Shown piece after piece: positions 17,718 through 26,199 of a stretch of DNA of 64,000 nt; the first letter of the stretch is position 1; every line of letters starts with the position of its first letter. This DNA comes from an uncultured delta proteobacterium. Its GTDB lineage: Bacteria > Bdellovibrionota > FAC87 > UBA2466. The position numbers and the translations under genes were made by a program. The notes beneath the pieces are model-generated. The model saw nothing but the letters and a program-made list of their open reading frames with translations. It did not search any database and was not told the DNA's origin. Location of the stretch: assembly GCA_963778115.1 (NCBI GenBank), contig CAVZSV010000004.1:1344001-1408000 (forward strand), written 5' to 3'.

Positions 17718-18376
17718 AAACGATCGCAAGTGGGCTTACTTTCCTACTCTTCAGTTTTTCGTTAATCGCGCTCGGTCAGGATATTAAGGTTCAAGTTTCG
17801 CCTCCCTCGTTTACCGGTAGCAACGTCCATCGAGACGTTCAAATCGTCTATCACAATCTCCAACTTTCCCCGGGCAGTCGCGTAACTCTGTACTTTGCGT
17901 ACCGGACGCAATCCCACGGTGCCAGTGCAAATCCGGTATCGGGTTTTCTCCCTCAAGGAGGCGAAAAGGATCAATGGTGCCGCCTGCTCATCGTAAGTGA
18001 CTGGCAAAGTGAACAGGCCGTATTAATGACTCCTTCGGGACGAGACAGCCACGAGTACTCCGCCTTTCTTCCTCTTGACGGAAGATTCACTTCCGACGAG
18101 GAGCTCTCCCAAGTTCAGTTTTTTGTTCGCTTGGATTCCGCGGGTAAAACGGTCGATGATAGGCCCTTTGGCGATCGAGGATATTATTTCGTTGAAATTC
18201 CGTCAGTCGCCGCCCGGGTGGATTACATTCCCACAAAGAAAGCAGAAGAGAAAAAAACCAATAGTGGCATTCCGAGCGAAGTTTCCGGCTCTGCACCGAA
18301 CCCCAAGGCTGAGGAAGTAGAAGCCTCTCAGTGGACGACATTGACCGTGAAAGCGCACAAACAAAGCGGCGGCTAA
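17714..18376 (+). CDS. Secreted hypothetical protein
   Basis: ATG 17714 overlaps the upstream stop (ATGA) with GGAGGA SD; signal peptide. Confidence 0.7.
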   Translation: MKTIASGLTFLLFSFSLIALGQDIKVQVSPPSFTGSNVHRDVQIVYHNLQLSPGSRVTLYFAYRTQSHGASANPVSGFLPQGGEKDQWCRLLIVSDWQSEQAVLMTPSGRDSHEYSAFLPLDGRFTSDEELSQVQFFVRLDSAGKTVDDRPFGDRGYYFVEIPSVAARVDYIPTKKAEEKKTNSGIPSEVSGSAPNPKAEEVEASQWTTLTVKAHKQSGG

Positions 18377-18648
18377 GAAATATCCGCTAACCAGGAGTCT
18401 TCAGTAAGATTGTGAAGCGGGTTACTAAGAGAGCTATCGAATCGCGAAGTTACGGCTAAATTAATTTTCGTTAATTCCATTATCACAGTCGTCCGTGTTC
18501 CAACCGAAATCGTCGATAAAATTTCAGTTATTTCCAAACGTTAAAAGAACCTCTCGTAGACTCATAGTGCTCCTTGCCCCGCATAGTGCCGGCGAAGCTA
18601 CTGGCGTCGGCCCCTCTGTTGCATTTTAGTAAGGCAAAGGGAGTTGGT

Positions 18649-19980
18649 GTGTATCTAACCGGGGTTACAACTAGGAAGGCCACTTGGCTTCGAATCCTCG
18701 TCGTAGCCCTGATGCTAACGGGCACCACCGCCCTAGCGGAATCGCACTCGTCGGGAGATGATTCTGGTCAAGAGTCGTCTAGCCCCAATCCAAATACGCA
18801 AGCCACTCTGGCCAATCGCAAAGCCCTGTCGACAAGATTACAATCCTCTAAAGACACCGACTTACAAAATATTGGAGCCGCCCTCAAAGACGGCGATATC
18901 GATTCGCTAAATGAAAAACAGTTAGAAAAGCTTCAAGAATATTTGGAATCTGACGAAGGAAAGGCGGAACTTGAGGAACTAGGAAAAGAGAATATCGAAG
19001 ACTTGGAGCAAAAGGTCATTCAAGCCAAAGCCACCTTCTTTACGACCCCTTCCAGCACGACCTTGGCAAAAGGATCTTCTGGCGGCGCCCCAAACGGATC
19101 CCAGGCATCCAATGGATCGGCGGCATCAGGCTTGTCACTCTCTTCGTCTTCGGGGAGTTCATCTAACTCGAACTCAAGCTCAACAGCGCTCTTAGCCAAT
19201 AATGCACCTTTGGTAAATTCCACGGCGCTAGATTCTCTGATGAATACCATCAAGAGCGGCCCTTCCGCTAACTCGATATCTTTGGGTAGTGTGCTATCAA
19301 CTAAGCCGAACGGCCCCTCGAGTACTCCAGCTAGTATCTCAACTGCCATTGGGAAATCGAACTCATTCAATATTTCCGGTCAATCAGGTGTCACGGGACC
19401 TTCAGGATTTGGAGCCCCTTCGGAAAGTCCAAGCCCCGCTACCGTCGTTCGCTCGAGTGGAGAAGCCAATCCGTCTGTCATAGATAGCGGCTATTTTGCC
19501 AGGACTCCGCCCCCCCTTTCGCCTTCCTCTAATTTTGGATCCCTAGCACCGGCTTCTCGAGAAACGCTCCCGGAAGCGTCTGAAGACTCTCAAATCGTAA
19601 CTCCCGTTACTCTAACGACTCGCGGAATAGGTGATTTAGGGGAGATGAATTTCGCGGAGACTCAAGTGGCCCCAGCGTCAATCTCTAGGCCGACTCCTGA
19701 ACCCACAGCCCCCAATACAGCCTCTGCTGCCGTACCTTCCGCGATCGGAGCAGTATCGGGCCTCCAAGCTTCCATTTTATCTACCGTCGTGGACTTTGCT
19801 CCCTCAGAAATACAACCGCCAGCGGTTAGCTCGACGTCCATCGCTCCTTTGACTCCTTCTTCCATGGCGACACCCGACCCCATCGAAATTGCTACCACCG
19901 ATCCCAAGTCCAGTGAGTCTTCTTCTCATAAAGGGGATATCGCGCAGATGTTGGACAGCCTTGCAGAGCAACCAAATTAG
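18649..19980 (+). CDS. Secreted Ser/Pro-rich low-complexity protein
   Basis: ORF 18574-19980; likely GTG 18649 after GGGAG; signal peptide ending ALA-E; long S/P/T-rich tail. Confidence 0.7.
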   Translation: MYLTGVTTRKATWLRILVVALMLTGTTALAESHSSGDDSGQESSSPNPNTQATLANRKALSTRLQSSKDTDLQNIGAALKDGDIDSLNEKQLEKLQEYLESDEGKAELEELGKENIEDLEQKVIQAKATFFTTPSSTTLAKGSSGGAPNGSQASNGSAASGLSLSSSSGSSSNSNSSSTALLANNAPLVNSTALDSLMNTIKSGPSANSISLGSVLSTKPNGPSSTPASISTAIGKSNSFNISGQSGVTGPSGFGAPSESPSPATVVRSSGEANPSVIDSGYFARTPPPLSPSSNFGSLAPASRETLPEASEDSQIVTPVTLTTRGIGDLGEMNFAETQVAPASISRPTPEPTAPNTASAAVPSAIGAVSGLQASILSTVVDFAPSEIQPPAVSSTSIAPLTPSSMATPDPIEIATTDPKSSESSSHKGDIAQMLDSLAEQPN

Positions 19981-19992
19981 CTTAAGGACGCG

Positions 19993-20027
19993 AACTCCGA
20001 CGGATGGCCTTAACACCCGCCGGAGTT
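19993..20027. terminator. Hairpin between convergent genes
   Basis: AACTCCGACGG...CCGCCGGAGTT inverted repeat. Confidence 0.45.
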
Positions 20028-20061
20028 GCAGTTAGATTTTAAGTAGTTCCTTTGAGTGGAG

Positions 20062-22095
20062 CTATTGGATGGTAATCACGTATACGCTTCCATATCCTTG
20101 AATTTGATAAGTCTGAGTCTGCTGCGGTTGAATCACTTGCTTGGGAGTCGCATCCATCAAAGGCTGATTGTCTCCGTATTTGCGGTTATGCTCGGCTACA
20201 TCGCGATTGTATTGAGAGGAGGCCGCGTTGATTCGTCTGGTATAATCATCCACCCAGTTATTCCATCGATGGACATTGATACTATTTTTGCGAGCCTCCC
20301 ACCAGGCATTCTCCTGTTCTCGAGCTTTATAATCCCGTTGGTATCCATAAAAGATTCTGTCGAAATCACTGTCTCTCTCACGAGCAAACTGCCGTTGCCG
20401 TTCTTTGCGTTCTTCTTCCGCTTTTCGCGCTTCTTCTCTTCGTTGAAGCTCGGCCAACCGAGCTGCCTCCTTCGCAGCAGCTAGTATTTTTCGCTCTTCA
20501 CGAGCTTTTTTATCAGCGATCTGCTTTGCTGAGGCGGGCAAACCATCCACTCGGAAAGCCGCCCCCAAAGGAGGGGAAGGAACGAGTCGTATTTCGGCGT
20601 ATCGCGCAAAATTTTCCTGATCTATCGTATAAACGTTGGACTGTCCCGGAGCCAAAGTTCCGTTTCCATTGGGGAGATCGCACTTCACCCAAATTCCGTT
20701 AACGTTGCGTGCCCAAAGGGCCGAAAACGTTAGCGGGGTATCTCCAGTATTTCTGACGCTGAATTGAGAGAGAAGCTTCATCGGATTGGGATTGATATAG
20801 GGCGCTCCTTCCATATCACTTTGATCAATTCCTCTATCAAACCGAGCCCAGTTACCACCGGGCTCAAAAGGGTCCGCGGGCAACATGACTACAGTCTTGG
20901 TATTGGGAATAGATCGCTTAATGCTCGAATTCGCGGTCAGTAAATCACGCGCCTCCCGCCTTTTGCGCTCCGCCTGCATGAAAGCGTAGAGAACTTTATT
21001 AAACTCGTGGCTTGTTAGATTTGCGTGGGTGTCTCTTAGCTTTTGAATCTTCTCTGGCAGCACCGTATAGACCCAATTGTCATAAGGGTCCTTATTTCCG
21101 TAGAGCACTTTCCTCCAAGCACGGTATTGCTCGGCGACCTGACTTCCCGCTTCCCCTTGTTTATGGGACTCTATCGTCGCCTGTTCCAACCACGCTCGAT
21201 AGTATCTAAGATCCGCACCCGTGGCATAACGCGAGACCGATTCGCATGTGGCTGCTTTATCACCACCTGGACCTACCTTTCCCAAGAAAATACTTTTCAA
21301 AAATAGTTCGGGAGATTTGTCGACGGTGCGGTTAAGAAGGACATAGCCTCCGGCACCGCTGTCTCCCACACAGTTGACCCCAGGTCTTCCGTCTCGAGTG
21401 GCGAAGGTCAGCACCTTTTCGTCGATACCTACTCTCAGATTTCCCTCCGAATCACCGACAAGATCTGCGGAAGTAGGTTGAAGCTGGTCGAACTCTTTAA
21501 TAATAGGAAACCCAAACTCCTCCCCCTTTTTGGAACGGGCGCCATAACCCACAAAGAGAGTAAGATCACCATCGGCGCTCCCAGCTTCAGTGGGAATAAC
21601 GGGGATCGGTTCATGGGTTTTTGCGAACTCAATCGCCTCAGCGGGCCTTATCGAAAAAACGGCTAAATCATTTTTTGAAGGCCCTTTCAAATAATTTTCA
21701 TGGATGACCACGCTAGTCGGCTCCACGGTAAAAGCTTTCCCCTCGACAAATACTTTGGACCATCGTCGAGAAGAGTCTACCTTTCCGTCGCTCCCTGCTA
21801 AGCAGTGAGCCGCGACCACAAAGAAGGCTGGTTTTCTGAAATACGCTACGGAACAATTTGATTGATTAAAAGAGGTGAACGAAAGCTCAGTAGGAGTCTC
21901 TACTATCGGCTCATCATCGATACTGGCCAAATTTCCCGTGGTGCTCAAAAGACGCTTGTAAACCCAGTTCATCGGATCCTTGGGTTGCAGTGAGAGCTGC
22001 TTTAGATCCTGCCCCCCGTGAATTGCCCAAGCCAAGTGGGAATAGAGAAAAACGGCGGCGGCTACAAACGTTCGTGAGTAAAATGACTTCAGCAT
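20062..22095 (-). CDS. Secreted trypsin-like (S1) serine protease with long C-terminal extension
   Basis: Signal peptide then IHGG; AAHC, NDLAVF, CVGDSGAG catalytic motifs. Confidence 0.85.
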   Translation of the reverse strand: MLKSFYSRTFVAAAVFLYSHLAWAIHGGQDLKQLSLQPKDPMNWVYKRLLSTTGNLASIDDEPIVETPTELSFTSFNQSNCSVAYFRKPAFFVVAAHCLAGSDGKVDSSRRWSKVFVEGKAFTVEPTSVVIHENYLKGPSKNDLAVFSIRPAEAIEFAKTHEPIPVIPTEAGSADGDLTLFVGYGARSKKGEEFGFPIIKEFDQLQPTSADLVGDSEGNLRVGIDEKVLTFATRDGRPGVNCVGDSGAGGYVLLNRTVDKSPELFLKSIFLGKVGPGGDKAATCESVSRYATGADLRYYRAWLEQATIESHKQGEAGSQVAEQYRAWRKVLYGNKDPYDNWVYTVLPEKIQKLRDTHANLTSHEFNKVLYAFMQAERKRREARDLLTANSSIKRSIPNTKTVVMLPADPFEPGGNWARFDRGIDQSDMEGAPYINPNPMKLLSQFSVRNTGDTPLTFSALWARNVNGIWVKCDLPNGNGTLAPGQSNVYTIDQENFARYAEIRLVPSPPLGAAFRVDGLPASAKQIADKKAREERKILAAAKEAARLAELQRREEARKAEEERKERQRQFARERDSDFDRIFYGYQRDYKAREQENAWWEARKNSINVHRWNNWVDDYTRRINAASSQYNRDVAEHNRKYGDNQPLMDATPKQVIQPQQTQTYQIQGYGSVYVITIQ

Positions 22096-22104
22096 ATCAC
22101 TTCT

Positions 22105-23007
22105 CTAGTTATGGATTAAGATCTCAGAACCCAATGGACCAATGTAATAGACACCGGTGGAGGGGACTCTAAGACTAAAAAGCTTCGCGCTGGGTTCCGC
22201 TTTGGCAGTGTCGGTGGTCGCGAATCGGCACGTGCCTTGGTCTTTAACGGGATAGAGTTCCCACCCCAGATCCATGTTCTGGCAGTTCTTCACTCCCCAT
22301 TCCGCGGCATTAGGCTCGCGACAATAGACGCAGAGATCGGGAAAGAAAAATAACTTTTTAGTCTTTTCGCCAGGTTTTCCTTGGTAGTGCAAGACCGCAA
22401 GATCCTTTCCCTCAGGAACCGCCGAAGTCGGGATTTCAGAGACTTCCGCCCAACAGACTTTGTGGTAATTGGGATCTTTAATAAGTTGCGAGGTAGTAGA
22501 AAGGACGAAATCCCCTTTGGCCACTCCCGAAATTTTGACGGATTCCGTCTGGATACTTCCCTGATTGACTCGATTGAGATGCACTATCAACGTATCGCCC
22601 AAGAAAAACCCTTCAGAAGCGGACGCTGCCTGACTCTCTTTTGCTTTTACCGCTTTTGGCCGGCTCCATTCGGCTGGCTGAGTAGTTTTGGCGATCTCAT
22701 CGGAAGGGTATCGGTGAGACATCTCTTCAAATCGAGAAAGCGCATCTGGATTTCCGGCCAAAACATGCCGTAGGACCGCAAGATTCTCCTTTTCCTTTCG
22801 GTCAATCACTTCGGTGCAATAGGGAAAATCGGTAACGATGGTGTAGGGTTGGCTCGAGAATTTCTTCTGAATCTCGGCGATACCGTTTTCGAGTGGCGGC
22901 TCCGCTGCCCAGACCCGGGTCAGCCAGAAAAGAAATAGGAGAGCAATGGCTAAGAGGAAGCAACTATCCAAATTGACTGCAATAAGCCGCAGCGGGAACT
23001 TTCGCAT
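22105..23007 (-). CDS. Exported Cys-containing hypothetical protein
   Basis: 300-aa ORF, GGAGA SD, hydrophobic N-terminus, ends 9 bp before the protease gene. Confidence 0.7.
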   Translation of the reverse strand: MRKFPLRLIAVNLDSCFLLAIALLFLFWLTRVWAAEPPLENGIAEIQKKFSSQPYTIVTDFPYCTEVIDRKEKENLAVLRHVLAGNPDALSRFEEMSHRYPSDEIAKTTQPAEWSRPKAVKAKESQAASASEGFFLGDTLIVHLNRVNQGSIQTESVKISGVAKGDFVLSTTSQLIKDPNYHKVCWAEVSEIPTSAVPEGKDLAVLHYQGKPGEKTKKLFFFPDLCVYCREPNAAEWGVKNCQNMDLGWELYPVKDQGTCRFATTDTAKAEPSAKLFSLRVPSTGVYYIGPLGSEILIHN

Positions 23008-23187
23008 TTGAGAGTCTCCTTAGTACCGCAGCTTATTTTTTCTACCGAATTGGCTGACTCATATCAGAATTTTTTAAAGAGAGGTATTTTTTTTGACGCA
23101 ATACAACATTCCTGCTATCTGACAATCAGAAACGTTAACTTATCGTCCGATGCTGCGGGTGGACGAGCCATTCTCAGGGAGAGTACG

Positions 23188-23988
23188 ATGAGTGTCCGAA
23201 CGTTCTTATTAGCCCCATTACTTGTTCTCGTTTTAGCTTCAATATCTAGCAATACCTTTGGAATCGATTTCGAAGAAACGGCGAGAGGTTCTCGCGGTTA
23301 CGTCTATCGACAGCCAGTTTGCACGAGTGCCGAAGCTTGTGCGGCTCCCGTTACTGCGGTGACTCCCGCCGCTTCGTCTTGTCCGGCCTCCTCCTCAGGA
23401 GGTCCCTCCGATTGTAATACCTGCCAGGGAGTTCAATCGAGCACCCAGGTAGGTCCGCCGATCACGACTTTGCATCAGCAGACCTTCAAAGTGGATTGCA
23501 CAAAACTGGAATACGCCGATCAACAATACACGACTTGGGAGCCGCGCGAATATCCCGATAAAGAAACCTATACTTATAAAGTAGCGGTTCCCTATACCCG
23601 AAGCGGAGTTCAGAAACTGGTGGGCTATAGGCCCGTCGAAGTTACCACTACAGTAAAACAGGCCGTTTATAACAAATGTGGCTGTTTTGTCGGTTACGAA
23701 AATGTTCCCGTTACTAGTATCGTAAACCAGGCCTACACCTACGAACGACCTTACTCTTACACGGAAAACAAAATTGAAGACCGAGTCGCTTCTAGAGAGG
23801 TAACCAAAATAAAAATGGTTCCCATTCAAAAAGAGAAGCAGATCCCCGTTATCGTTCCGGACGTAAAGTACGTCGAACAGACGATACTCCAAGCGACGTA
23901 TACGGTGACCACCACGTATCAAAATGAGGTCCCTAAGGCTCAGGGGGCTGTGAATTTCGCTCGCCAACAAGCAGCAGAGCGGCCCTAG
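23188..23988 (+). CDS. Secreted Tyr/Thr/Val-rich, Cys-containing protein
   Basis: ATG 23188 after GGGAGAG; signal peptide; repeated Y-x-V-P-V/TYTY strands. Confidence 0.75.
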   Translation: MSVRTFLLAPLLVLVLASISSNTFGIDFEETARGSRGYVYRQPVCTSAEACAAPVTAVTPAASSCPASSSGGPSDCNTCQGVQSSTQVGPPITTLHQQTFKVDCTKLEYADQQYTTWEPREYPDKETYTYKVAVPYTRSGVQKLVGYRPVEVTTTVKQAVYNKCGCFVGYENVPVTSIVNQAYTYERPYSYTENKIEDRVASREVTKIKMVPIQKEKQIPVIVPDVKYVEQTILQATYTVTTTYQNEVPKAQGAVNFARQQAAERP

Positions 23989-23991
23989 CTC

Positions 23992-25056
23992 ATGATCGAG
24001 GGTGGCAAATTTAAACACTGGTTAACTCTTCCTTTGTTGGTGGGATTGCTCGTTTTTGGCTTCTACGTTGCCAAAGCACCTGAGGATCCACGTGATCTAA
24101 GGGAAGAGAAACCTGAACATCGGAGTTCCTTGTCTCATCCTCTGGGGCAAGGAACTCCCCCTTTGCTGCCCCAGATTCGCAAAACTCCTAGAGTGGTACT
24201 GGCTAAGAACATCTCCAAAGCCTGCGAAGAACTGTGGACCGAGTTATTTCAATTAGATCTCCGTGGGGTGGTTGAGGGAAACTTAGCTTTGGATCATTTG
24301 CCTCGCCACTCCGACTGCCATAGCGACAATGCCAAGGACTGGCTGTCGGCTGCTTGGAAGCGTTTTGAGCAGGGCTGCACGGCTAAAGACGCTTCCTCTA
24401 GTGAAGCCAAGGCTGAAAATCGACCGGTTTGTCTGTTTAGTTTGGTTGGCCTTCGCGCGGCCGTGACCGATTGGGTAACGAACGATAAAAGCCCAGGTGA
24501 ACTTAGCGATCCCCGATTGATTCAAGACAAACTTTGGGCAAACCTACAAAGGGCTGATAACCCCATGACGATAGCACTTGCCGAACGGCTACAAACGCTG
24601 GAGCCCGACAACGCGCTGACCAACCAAGCTTTGGTCTTGGCGCAGTTTCGAATTGCTGGAGAGAACCGTCTCAACGCCAACGATCCTTTCTGGGAGAAAT
24701 TTTCTTCTACATTGGCAAGAGAAGAGGAACTTCGGGCGGTCAGTTCCGAAGAACACTCTCGACGGACGATTTATGCGGACTATTTGCGAAATCGAGATCC
24801 CAGACGCCTGGAAGAGGCGGCCCTAGACGCCGCCAAACGTTATCCTACTTCTTCTTTTCCTGCCTACTTTTTTGCCATTTCCGCATTTGAATCGGGTGAC
24901 TCTCCCCGGGCGATACAGGCCTTGGAGCGGCGCTCTGACCCAGAATCTCAGGAAGCACTGAGACTCATCAAAGCAGGCAATCCAAAGCCCTTTCGGGTGC
25001 AGCTCTCAGCTTCCCTTGACGCATTGAAATTAGATCAAAGGCCCCAAGCAGAATGA
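23992..25056 (+). CDS. Membrane-anchored helical (TPR-like) hypothetical protein
   Basis: N-terminal TM; C-terminal AAKRYP...AYFFAISAFESGD...A pattern. Confidence 0.65.
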   Translation: MIEGGKFKHWLTLPLLVGLLVFGFYVAKAPEDPRDLREEKPEHRSSLSHPLGQGTPPLLPQIRKTPRVVLAKNISKACEELWTELFQLDLRGVVEGNLALDHLPRHSDCHSDNAKDWLSAAWKRFEQGCTAKDASSSEAKAENRPVCLFSLVGLRAAVTDWVTNDKSPGELSDPRLIQDKLWANLQRADNPMTIALAERLQTLEPDNALTNQALVLAQFRIAGENRLNANDPFWEKFSSTLAREEELRAVSSEEHSRRTIYADYLRNRDPRRLEEAALDAAKRYPTSSFPAYFFAISAFESGDSPRAIQALERRSDPESQEALRLIKAGNPKPFRVQLSASLDALKLDQRPQAE

Positions 25057-25069
25057 AAGTGGAGGATAA

Positions 25070-26089
25070 GTGAGAATGACGAGGAAGTGGACAATCCAAA
25101 AATCAACGGTAATCGTGGGACTGGGGATGGCGCTATTTTCAGCAAGAGCGGCAAAAGCACTTAATGGGACCGCTTTTGCTTATGCGCCCAAACCAGTTCT
25201 CGATGTGGCAGTTGGTGCGGTCGGGGCTTTAATGGTAGAAGATATCGTTCCCGCCTCTCAAAGAGCCGAAGCCGCGGGCGATACCTTTTGGAGAGTCGAT
25301 GGAAATGCTCTCTATATCGGAGATCATGCGGAAGGTTCGGCACTTCTCGTGCAGGCCAACCGTGTCACAAAGAAAGATGGAACTTTCGATCGCGATAGAT
25401 TTTTTTCTTACAAAGTGCGCTTTGGTGTGACGGTCAGTAGCAAACAGTTAGATCGCTTGGTTCCCCGAGAAGAAGATCAGTTTATCGAAGGAACTCGAGT
25501 GTTAATTCATCCGAAGCACTCTCCCGCGACGGGAGACTACGGCTTGGCGCTTATTCTCTTGCCGTATCCCCTGAGCCGAGACCGAAAACCCCTGGCTTTG
25601 GTGGAATCTGAAGAGCCCATCGCATGGAAAAGCAACTACCTCGTATTTGGACACGGAACCGAGGAAGAACAGACCGAACGCCCCACTGTCGAACTTGGTG
25701 TCTATGAACAGCACCTGACGTCGGGATACCTGCGATGGACCCCCATGCAACTCATGAGTGGCTATCCTAAGAGTGCCATGTTCGCGCTGGAACCCTTGGC
25801 GGAAGATCGATTAAAGCGTCTTTACCAGGAAATTCCCGAAGCCTCGGACGCTTTCGTGAACGGTCCGTGTAAAAACGATTCCGCGGCTCCGGCCCTTATC
25901 TGGGGCAACCGAATTTCCAAAGCGTCAGGGCTCGCGGAGCCACGAGTCGCTCTATTGGGAATGATGTCGGGAGAAAATGGGCTTTGTGTACGTCCGCAAA
26001 AGAATGGGGCTCCGGTAGCAGCGTTTATTGATCTAAGGGAGGCGAGTATACAGGCGTGGTTGAAAGGCAATGTGGAGAGTTTGAGGTAG
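25070..26089 (+). CDS. Trypsin-like fold protein, catalytically degenerate
   Basis: LNG after the signal peptide, VLIHPK, GDYGLALILL, VFGHG, LRW, GPCKNDSAAPAL; no AAHC His motif. Confidence 0.65.
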   Translation: MRMTRKWTIQKSTVIVGLGMALFSARAAKALNGTAFAYAPKPVLDVAVGAVGALMVEDIVPASQRAEAAGDTFWRVDGNALYIGDHAEGSALLVQANRVTKKDGTFDRDRFFSYKVRFGVTVSSKQLDRLVPREEDQFIEGTRVLIHPKHSPATGDYGLALILLPYPLSRDRKPLALVESEEPIAWKSNYLVFGHGTEEEQTERPTVELGVYEQHLTSGYLRWTPMQLMSGYPKSAMFALEPLAEDRLKRLYQEIPEASDAFVNGPCKNDSAAPALIWGNRISKASGLAEPRVALLGMMSGENGLCVRPQKNGAPVAAFIDLREASIQAWLKGNVESLR

Positions 26090-26199
26090 GGGCACGAATG
26101 CGAAGTCTTAGATCTAGTGCCAGATAATAAAGCCAGTGCTAGAGGCTAAAGCGCTATTAACTCTACCTAGGCCTTTCGAAACCAAGACTAGGTCTACTT

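Noticed and set aside
3877..26089. Integrated prophage or genomic island at tRNA-Gly
   Set aside because: No integrase, phage or conjugation genes, and no distant exact copy of the tRNA 3' end was noticed
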